A DNA stretch of 64,000 bases from Kudoa neothunni (Eukaryota; Animalia; Cnidaria): contig OZ199839.1 in assembly GCA_964304625.1 (NCBI GenBank), forward strand, positions 697,616-761,615, read 5' to 3'. Position 1 is the stretch's first letter; every line of letters starts with the position of its first letter. The translations under genes and the position numbers were made by a program. The notes beneath the pieces are model-generated. The model did not search any database, was not told where the DNA came from, and saw only the letters and a program-made list of their open reading frames with translations. Positions 53,911-64,000 of the stretch are shown one piece after another.

Positions 53911-55212
53911 TAGATAACTTATATCAAATTATAAACTTTTTGGCGCAGAATCAATAAGTGAAAAACTGTTTGGAAAATCCATCATCATTCTTCATTTACG
54001 CTTTCAAAAAATCCAGGCGGTTTCACATTTCACGGGGGGTTTTCGTAATTTCGTGTACTTCTAATTTTTAACAATATGCCAAATACGAAAAATGATACAA
54101 AATCCAACTAAAAATAATTGTGAACCCCATAAAAAAGTAATTGAATGCTCAACACTTACATAGAATATACTATTTTGATGAAAACGACAAAATAAAATAC
54201 CAATAATAATACGTAAGGTATTTAAAGCAATTCTAAAATGTCTAAATAGAGTATAAAGAAAGTGAAAATTGAGATTTTTAAAAATATAATCCGTAGTTTC
54301 GATATTCTTTAAAACAATTGATAAATTATATAAAAGGAGAAATAATTGACTAGAATCTTAAGGTTCTATTCTCAACGTATCATTTTGTATATTTATGTCA
54401 AAAAAACAATCCTAAACAACATAAAACTCAGAAATTACATAATATTTCAATAAAATTGTCCCATTACATAAAATTGGTGCACAAAACCTACTTTTCTTAA
54501 CTTATATGTAGGGATCGCAGTTTTTGACGTTTAGTTTTAAAAAATTCGTCGACTAAAATCGACGTTTGTTTTGGTTGGTTCAGTATTGCGTGCACGAATG
54601 ATTGAACACGTTAATTTAAGAAGAATTTAGAACAAAATCTCCACTTAATACATTTATTATCAAGTAGCAATATTGGAAGAATGTCGAGAACTGTAACGCA
54701 AAGTCCGAACCAGGATTATTTGCATTAAAAGGCGATGGTGCCATACCCCACTGCTCTCGATCCCTCATCTATGGTTGATGGATTACAACCCTTATAATCC
54801 ACATGTTAAAAGAACAATAACAGAAACAGAATTTTTCTTAATTTTCCATTGTCCCATCTCTAAGAAAATAATTGACAGACAAGTGCCTTGGAATGCTTTT
54901 TTAATGAAATATGTTTTTTGGCATTATTGACTCGTAAATTATATTTTGCAATATTTACAGGCGAATCGATTTTCCATCTTCTCGATATCGATCCATTCCA
55001 CAAGAAAATTATCATTTTCTCTCCGGTTGTTACACATTTCAAGTTGTTCGGAAAATCGAAATCTCGAAATTTTTTTTAAAATTCGAAGACTAAGATCGAT
55101 TTTAATAGGAAATTACGACCCCACTTATATGCTTTCCCCCAAAGTTACTCCACAGTTTATTTCGACCGTATTATTATTATTATTTCAAATGAAATATTTA
55201 AAATATCTAGCA

Positions 55213-55952
55213 CAGAGGTGTCTACAACTTTTTAGGGTGTGGACCACATTGGCGCATTACGGAAACTTAGAGGGTGGCATTTCTAACATTTTTCGCACAA
55301 TAAACAGATAAATATATAAATTAATATAAAAATGCTTCCAATTAGTAAAACTTAATAAGGAATTAAATAGATTTTTTAAATATAGAAATTTTGTGATTGG
55401 TATATTATTGTAAATTACGAATGAAATTATAGGCGTTATATTTAATAAATTTTAATTTGAACTTAATTTACGAAAAGTTAATAATACTCATTAAATAAAT
55501 GTGAAAATTTAAACAATAACTTTTATCGAATTATTCCATATTTATTTTTAACATAGCATATTACACTCTAAAAGAGGTCTAAGTTATAAATATGAAGGTA
55601 ATAAAGTTAGCCAAAAAATTACATCTATGATATTTCAGATTACACCAAATTTATCATGAACTAAATATCACCAACGCATAGAAGTAGAAGTAATTTTTTT
55701 AGAATTTTTTACTAAATATTTTAATTCCGAAGTATAATCTAAATACCTTGAAATTACAAAAATTGTATTTTTGGAGATTATTATTTATTACCCTTAATTA
55801 TATCTTTATCTTTCACCTATTTATACAAATAAATAAATGAAACATTTATCGTAGGGTTTTAACTCTTAATTAATTGGTTTTGCTTATTAAAATTTTAAAA
55901 GTATTTTAAGACCGTTTGTTCTCTATTGTTATAATTGGTTTTTTCACTGAAT

Positions 55953-55986
<34 letters not shown>

Positions 55987-56789
55987 ATTTGGTGCTGTCG
56001 CTTCAAGTTATATTCCTTTAATACACGAAATGATTAGAGACAGAGCCAATAGACCGCTTTATTCATTGAATACGTGGAGAAATATTCTTGAGTCCAATCA
56101 TCATTAAAATCACAGTGGTTTTCATCATTAATTGTACAAACATGTGATGTCAACAAACGACGATTAAAATGGGAAGTTTTGGCGCATTATCATTTGAGAG
56201 AATTAAGAAGATAAATAGAGAACTATTCCTACATTAAGCCGATAAATTTTGATACACCTCTATTACAAACATTTATGTTTAAAAATGTAAGGATACGAAT
56301 TACATAGACTTTATACCATTTTAAATATAGCAATAAATAATTTTTTTGTTAATACATCCTTTATAATGAAAGATATGATAATGATTCCTATTGCGTTAAA
56401 CTTCTAATTTAGATATGAATACAGCGTGCTCATGGTTTTAACATTTGGTTAATTTTAGATTCTTTGTCGTAAATTGAATCTCAAGTACCGGTTTTTCCAA
56501 AGTTGTCAACTTATTATTTTGTTTTAGGCGCGTATTAGACCTTACTTTGATCACTATTACATACGATAATCATACACAGGGGGCAAGCGTAGATAAAATA
56601 TCAGATCGGATAACTCAATTGAATAAAATTAACGTTTATAAATCTAAAATATTTGTCAAAAAGGTATTTTTTAATTGGATTATGGAAGAAAAACGCTATT
56701 TAGGTGTTAATAGATTGAGAAAATTGTGTACACTCGCACAATCTTTCAGCCTTCTAAACTCGTCGGCGGGCCGCACTTTCCCGCCACTG
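55213..56789. mobile_element. hAT-like termini, possibly two separate fragments
   Basis: CAGAGGTGTCTACAACTTTTT at 55213 and GGCGGGCCGCACTTTCCCGCCACTG ending at 56789. Flanks ATCTAGCA / TCCTAGTC both have a central TA but match only 4/8. Confidence 0.35.
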
Positions 56790-56950
56790 TCCTAGTCTAA
56801 AAGTGTTAACTATGTTATTTATTTACGCAACGTTTAGAAAAAAAATTCATAAAAAATAATGTTGAAAAAATATTGGTAAAAACTGTCATAAAGTTTAATT
56901 TCAGTTCCAAATTTTATATAAAAGAGTTAGGAATAACATTTTCCATTTGA

Positions 56951-57870
56951 TCAATATCCAGTGATAATGAACAATCTAAATAATATAAAAACCGAACCAA
57001 CTATTAGACGTATTTACTCCTTGAAATGTGGTATATTCTGTACAGTGTATTCAAATTGGGAGAAGGTAATCTTTTTAGTTGCATATGAGTTAGTTTCCTT
57101 CATAATCTAAAAAGATTTATATTGCTTAGAGTATTAGAGTATGGGTTTTTTGTGGATCCGAAAAAGCTACCATATTTATAATAAATTCGACGTAGTTTTG
57201 TGGGAGGGGACATGTGCTTGTAATCCTCTGAACCAGCTTATATAAATCATCATGACCAATGTGTTGATCGCCATCGAAATCTGTTACATATTTATAGTAC
57301 CGAGAGATTCGTTACTCAACTATATACCAAGCAATGTGAACACAACCATTGCAATGTAGGATAGTGGAGTCTAAAAAAGATTTATTCGGTTGCATGCAAT
57401 ACGGATTATTATTTTAATTGAATTACTGCTTTGTCGAAAACTATCCTCATAAAAAGAAAATCACTAAACGTTATTCTGCCATCTGGTCTTTTGGAAAAAA
57501 TGGCAGCAATACGATCTTTGAAAATATTCCACTAGATTTCAGCTCGAGAATCACCTTGATCAATAACCCACCGATAGTCATACCCTTAATTCTTCTATTT
57601 TCATAAATACTTCAGGTGATATTGCTGCAGTCATCCCATATCGGTCGAAAAAATCAGTGTCCAAGTTGTAAAATCTGACAAACAATTTTCGAATATTTTG
57701 TATGGAAATTTTAGAAACTTGACTCAACGACCTCACTTTCATCTAGGCCAACAACATCAATGAGATAATAATTAGACTGTTTGTCTCACATAAAATTCCC
57801 TCAATAATTCTACTGGAATTGGTTTCCTTTCGATGACTTCATCTTCAGTTTTTGAGTGGTTCGACCCCAT
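56951..57870 (-). CDS. Calcium- and integrin-binding (CIB) family EF-hand protein, multi-exon
   Basis: MGSNHS (myristoylation-like), IRKLFVRFYNL, IEELR|WNIFKDRIAAIFS..DGRITFSDFL..VF, F..LDFDGDQHIGHDDL, IMKE...ITFSQFE..V...PHF. Not in the ORF track. Confidence 0.8.
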
Positions 57871-58784
57871 ATTCTGCGATTATTGAGAATATTCTATCAC
57901 TGTGGATTTATATAATATAATAAATATCGATGTTATGCTACACTATTGGGTAGTTGGTGAACAATAAATTGTTTCTATTTATAATTAAATAAAAGCTCAA
58001 ATTTTGGTCGTAAGTGGGCCGATTTTCATCGGGAAATTCAGTTTATAGAAAATCTATTGAATATTTTATAATCTAATCCGAAAATACCATTGAAACTATA
58101 TGTACAATGGTAACTCTTTCATTGATACTGTTGTTTGAATGACGAAGCCATTCTTTTGAATTTATTTTCTTACGTTAAGTCAAGAAATCAATAAAAAATT
58201 CATTTTTCTCCATCTCATCGCAAATGTCATATTTAATCTCATAATACGTTTTTGGGTCGATGATTATTACCTGAAGCTTAGGTTTGGGTGGATCAGGTTG
58301 GGAATTATTATCATATCATTAATGAGAATATTTAAGTAGAATAAAGAAATTCAGCTTATCCACATCAAGTATTTACAACTTTGAGGTAAAAATTAAAGAA
58401 AATCGTGGTAGCACATGGGACACTTGGATTAAGAATTAGTCTAAACTTGATTCTCAAAATGGATGCTACCATAATAAGTCACATATTTCTCAAATTTAAT
58501 ATGACCATTTTTTAATTCTCGGCTATGTTGAACAAATTATTTCGGGGAAGTATCCTCCATAAATTTGGAAATTGATCGAGGAAATCGTTATAAACCAAAT
58601 TATTTATACGTTTGTTTGGAGATTCCGGCAAACGATTGAAATACAAAAACATTCTTCATTGGGACTTCACTCATGCTAATTTCAGGGATGGAATTATTAA
58701 AGAGAATTCCTAATTCCTAATTTTAATACGTAAAGCATCTTTAACGATTTTAAGTTGATAAATCCATGAGAAGTTCGATATTAA

Positions 58785-59814
58785 CCCTCTGGTCTGAATC
58801 ACACGAAAATTTACACCTTCCATGCAAAAATGGGGTCGAAATCTATCCCAGAATTTTTTTGACTAAAACTCTTTAAAATATAAAGTTATCTAATCTCGAA
58901 TAGTTTTAATAAATTTTATCGATTAGATTTTGAGTAAATCAAGAAACATTATTATTAAGCCAGCATTGAGCATGCGCACCATATTAAGTACTTAGCGTTT
59001 TTCGCCGTACGCTCTTGTCTTATCGACGGTAAATCTCTTTTTTACTTAAAGATGTTTTTTAATGTAAAAGAATTTTTTAAAAGTTTATTGTACACCAATA
59101 AATGCAATATTTTTACAAAAAGTAAAAAAATAACAAGAAAACGTCACATTTATGAACAGTTTTTGTCGTACACTTGTGAATTAAAACATGTCCCAAATGT
59201 ATCGACCACAGAGTAAATATTCTGTTTCATGAAAGGTGCAACACCAAAACGATTACACAAGGTATTTTTAGTCGGTGTCTGAGTAGATAGCGGAGTCTCT
59301 GTCTCCTATAATGCTCCATTCTTGTCAATAAGACAATCGACTAGAAGATTTATATCGGAATCGCATTCACCTGAAGATTATTCGTAATATGCCATGAGTC
59401 GGATTCTAAGCAACTTTCATCGTATTCTCACGAACTCACTTCACACAAAAAGAGAGGAGAGCACGCGCACAGGAGCCTTAATAATAGTGATTCTTGATTT
59501 ACTCAAAATCTAATCGATAGAATTTATTAAAACTATTCGAGATTATATAACTTTATATTTTAAAGAGTTTTAGTCAAAAAAATTCTGGGGTCGATTTCTA
59601 CCCCATTTTTACTTGGAAGGTATTGTTGGAGTAACTTTTTTTATATTTAACTAATACACCTTTTTATTCCCTATATTTATACTTTAAAAACGGTTACAAG
59701 ATTAGGCTGAATTCGGATCATTGATCTTTAATCTGCTAGGTAAAAAATGACTTGAAACATCACGCGGGATAAATTTCTACCCCATATCACCATATCACCA
59801 TATTACCTGGAGAA
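58785..59814. mobile_element. piggyBac-type non-autonomous element with long internal inverted repeats
   Basis: TTAA|CCCTCTGGT ... ACCTGGAGAA|TTAA. Internal arms 58815-58959 and 59477-59621 are near-identical inverted copies carrying GGGGTCGA..TCTA.CCC palindromes. Confidence 0.8.
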
Positions 59815-59959
59815 TTAACTATTTTTTGTAAATTCTACAACATTCAATGTGATTGAATCACTTATAATAAAGTTGGAGAATAAAAAAAATATTTGATAGT
59901 TATAAAAAGTTTTTTTTCATATAGAATATAATCAAGGTAGAACCTTAAAAGAAAAATGA

Positions 59960-60440
59960 TTTAGGCAATATCCATGCAAATATGATACAAACCATATTTT
60001 GACGACAGTGGGCCATTGATGTCCTTTTTAATCTAAAGAGAAGCGTCGTAAGAGGAATTTATAAAAGTTGACGGTTGGAGAACTTTAAATAACAAAAATT
60101 AAGATAGATTTATTCTTCTAGTTGTTATTCATGATAAAAAAATTGGGGGTTCCAGATTTTGCAATACATCTATAAAATAGCCTAAGTTCGTGATTGTGTG
60201 AAAGGAAATGATATTTACAAAAAGAACCCTTTATGCTCCAATCGAATGATCAATTTCTATGGCATATCTATCAGGAAAAGATATCGCTAGGTTCAAAAAT
60301 TTTTAATTATTCGAGTTGATTTTATGTATTATAGACACAAGCAAGGTTACTATTCTGCATTTTTATCCAAAATACCTTTATAATATAAAAGGGCCCGAGA
60401 GCAAATTACTACTGGGCGTCGGAAAATCGTACCTCGAGTA
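59960..60440 (+). pseudogene. Possible very decayed Ty3/gypsy integrase fragment
   Basis: Scattered motifs in the expected order (D..GPL, GVP, PF..QSN, KLLLG) across broken frames. Confidence 0.25.
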
Positions 60441-60508
60441 AACGAAAAAGTCATACGGAAAAGCATGCATCATACGTAATTAACGGATTCTCTTTTGAAT
60501 ATATATCA

Positions 60509-61535
60509 CAGGTGTAGCCAATTCGTGGCTCTTTGAACGTTATGATGTGGCTACTGAAAAAATTTTTGTTAGTTGACTTTTTTAATCGAAGCAAAGTGTT
60601 ATTTCAGAAGAGTACAAAGTTAAAACTATTTAATCAAATGAAGAAATGAACTCTTTAAGCGTAAGGTAGATAATATTTTTGATTAGAAAATATAGCTACA
60701 AACTAACATATAGTTTATTATTAGATACAACCTAGAATTATTACTAGTTTCATTAGAAGATACAGTTAGAACTCATATTTATCCATTATCAAAGTGACAG
60801 ATATCGAAAGAATAAAACATGCACTAAAGCTTTAAAGATGATTCATAATTCCAACTCACCAAACGAATTTTAGAAATACGTTCCTGAGACTAAATATTCA
60901 AAATTCGAAGAAATTCGCCTAAAACTTTGTTTTATTTTTCTTACAACTTATTTTTTTGAGTTTATTTGTTCAACGATAAAGTTTGTAAGATCGAAACATC
61001 GTGGATCCTTTCCTCACAAACAAACACCTGAAGGAACTAATTCGTGCAGCGTTAACAACATACGAACCAGATTACCGTCAACTCACTGTTAATATGGAAA
61101 CCTAAAAACCTTGTAACATTGGAAAAAATTTATAAAAAAACTTTCAAAAGCATTACATTCTTGTGTTATTATTTTATTCGTAAATATTTAATTTAATTTA
61201 ATTTTTGTCAGAATACCATACATGATTAAATATGAAAAATATTTTATTATTTGTGCGACCATTTTCATAGAGAAACGGTTTCTTGGATCGTTAACTATTA
61301 ATTTACTTTTTTGGCAAAACCATCATAATTTATACCTATATAAATTATATGTAAGTTTTCCAGCGATTGACTGGACAAGAAAAATTAAAAAACCTTTATG
61401 TATAATTCTACAATATTTTATCTAAATATTTACCCAAAAATTTCCAAAAATGTAAGTTTTAAATAAATAAGAGGTACATAAATGATTTAAATGCCTTGTG
61501 GCTCTTAAAAATTCGGGCAAGTCTGGCCCGCCTTG
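60509..61535 (+). mobile_element. Non-autonomous hAT (SPIN/GTF2IRD2-like)
   Basis: 8-bp TSD ATATATCA / GTATATCA. Ends CAGGTGTAGCCA / TGGCCCGCCTTG with GTGGCTCT subterminal motifs. C-terminal remnant LTNKHLKELIRAALTTYEPDY. Confidence 0.75.
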
Positions 61536-63470
61536 GTATATCATGTGCATCTCATGCATAATCGAATTTAAAATAAGTGTAATAAACACTAACCATTTGA
61601 TTAATTCTACTGAAAATTAATCTATGTTTACAATCTATCACTTTTATTTAGTAATATATAAAACAAATAAGATAATTTATTTCTCTTCGAGTCGTAATGC
61701 ATCTTATTATAAAAATTGATAAAATTATATTCCATTGAAAGAAAGTTTATTGTAAAATGTAACACTTAACAAGATTGAGCCTAAAACAATATACATGTTA
61801 AATTATGCTACCAAAGAACGTTGATAAACGTTTAATATTTTAACATAATTGTTTAATCTGGATGATATTTACTGACCAAATTTAAATTTATATAGTTTTA
61901 TTTGAAATGTAAAATTCCCTGCCAGTTAATAATTATGAGTTAAGTTTCACATGAAATTTACGCATAAAATATTTACATTATACTTTTTATAAAGCAATAA
62001 CTAAGGCATTAAATTTTATTATCTGATCAACTTATTATTCTTATTACATTCTACTATAAAAAATTTGTTCAAGACTAATTATAAATTATGTTAGCGTTAA
62101 ACGTGCTGGAACAACAATTTTTCCAACGTTTAACAGAGAATGTTGGAGATAACGCTTTTACCCCATTTTAATCGAATCGGAATTAAGCTAAATTTAAATG
62201 TTATTTTTAAAATATCAAGTTAAATCATCAGAATTATTATTTATAACTAAAGGCGTAAGAAAAAATGACAACAAATTTACGCACTATATTTTTTTCAGAT
62301 TTCACTAATTTCGCCGCTACTCCATATTTTGACAGCCATAAATTTCCCTGGACTTATTTAAATAACCAATAAAGATGAAGAAAAATTGGTTGATATCTAA
62401 ATTCGAGTACCTGCTGTTTTAAGTATGCTATCGGTAAACACCCCTTTTTCTAAATTAGGCGTGTAATGTTTCTAATCTCCTTGAATTATTGTAATAACTT
62501 CGGACTCTTAGTTGGGTTTACGTTAAATTTTTCTTAGGCAACTTTATAAAGCATTAATTGATTTTTTCTAACTCCCCACGAATATCAACAAAATTAACTA
62601 CCACATGATTAGATTTCTAAAATAAAAGTTTAAATAATTATTATATACTCAAATATAATATGAGAAATTGTCTATTTATTTAATTTATTTCAATCATTAG
62701 TTTTTAACGCAAATTTGGTAAAATCGAAAATTTCGATCGTTCTTGTATATTACAAAGAGTAATAAAAAACCTTTAGTTTCTAAGAATCTGTTAATTTAGC
62801 AGATACCAAACAAATACTTATTGTAACAATTCGAAAATAAACTTCCGACTGGAGATGCTTATTTTCATAGTTGTGTTGATTAATGTTCCCATTTATTACG
62901 ATCTATAAGGGGATAATAAGATCACGTTAGTACTAATCAACTGTTAGCTTAATTTACCAAAAACGTATGACCGTGAAAACTCGTGTGGCCTGATTAAAGC
63001 TGATTTATTAATTAATTTTCGGTCAGAACACTCAAGTAAATGACTCTTGTATCTGTGTGGGGTTGCTCTACAAACTATTCTTTTAAACCACAACAAAGTA
63101 TTAATTATATTACAGAATCTGTTTGTTTAATTTATTGTTTATAACGATCACGTTTAATTTCGAAGATTTAAATAAAGCAGTTAAATTCGGTTTAGCTGAT
63201 ATAATCACTTAAATAACCTCATGCGGTATGGTAGGAAATTTTGTATTTAGTAAGATATTTTCCCATTAAATTAATATTATTCTTTATAATGTAAAAACAT
63301 TGAATCATACATCGGAAACGCAGTAAACCGATGTAATAAATAATTTCGAGGGAAAAAACTCAGAAGAGTTTATCCATTTTATGAAATTTAATACTTTGTT
63401 TAGTATAAAAAGTGAATGGTTACGGCCTGTTGATCGATCGATCGAACTGCAGTGCCTGTGAACTTCATCA

Positions 63471-64000
63471 ATGAACTACGTTGAAATATACTTGTTTGTC
63501 GTGTCTTTTGGATTCTACATGTTCAATCCCATATTCTCCAATTTGTTATTCCGCAACTATTGTGTCTACCGACACGGAGGAATCGTTGAACAATGTCGCA
63601 CCAATACAACCTTAAACCATATCGTCCAAAAAGATATAACAGTTTACAGAGAAATAAAACAATGGTTATTATTAGTAACCACGTTTCTTTCGCCAATGTT
63701 GGTCAATTTTCTCTCCACGAAATGGTATCCCGAGAGGCTTCTACTGCTACCATCGTTGAATTTTGCATTCGCATGCATTGTTGGTATTGTGTATGCAGCT
63801 GTTCCAACAATAAACTTGTATTACTTTGTATGTAAAATTTATTAGAGGGCTAGCCCGCGTAATTGAATTTTCAAATATGGTTCAATTGCTTTTAGATTCC
63901 GATGTATTTTGCGTTCGATCTTCTTGGATTGAGCAGCACTGCACGAGCGTTATTGTCATATTATTTGGTGAAAACATGCAAAGAAGAAAATTTACCAACT
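63471..64000 (+). CDS. SLC46-like (PCFT/TSCOT family) MFS transporter, 5' part, runs off window
   Basis: YVEIYLF TM1, a Cys-containing loop with an N-glycosylation site (CRTNTT..VQK), further TM helices and RLLLLP. After an intron, IPMYFAFDLLG..LSYYLV..EE. Confidence 0.6.

Noticed and set aside
54680-55200. Overlapping short ORFs suggesting a gene or TE
   Set aside because: No recognisable motif or consistent splice model.

Overview
Strongly AT-rich animal (eukaryotic) genomic DNA. It has compact multi-exon genes with very short GT-AG introns (often about 30-60 bp), separated by dense, nested DNA-transposon debris. The divergent metazoan proteins and the TE set suggest a myxozoan-like parasite genome, but this is an inference and not proven. 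Genes assembled by hand across introns: a secreted orphan (truncated at the window start), tRNA-Gly(GCC), PRPS, an orphan type I membrane protein, an MTMR6/7/8 myotubularin with a degenerate FYVE-like tail, a boule/DAZ-like RRM protein, ABCE1, SDHAF3, PAM16, RBM26/27, a CIB EF-hand protein and the 5' part of an SLC46-like transporter. Mobile elements: piggyBac, pogo/Tigger, hAT (Buster/SPIN-type and others), two MULE lineages, three non-autonomous Helitrons and long-TIR foldback elements. The most unusual structure is a 1.5-kb element at 51107-52604 whose 25-bp TIR fuses a TTAA-flanked piggyBac-like cap to a hAT TIR. A possible composite Helitron spanning a MULE transposase (16754-19709) is also notable. 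All family calls come from motif recognition by eye; no searches were run.
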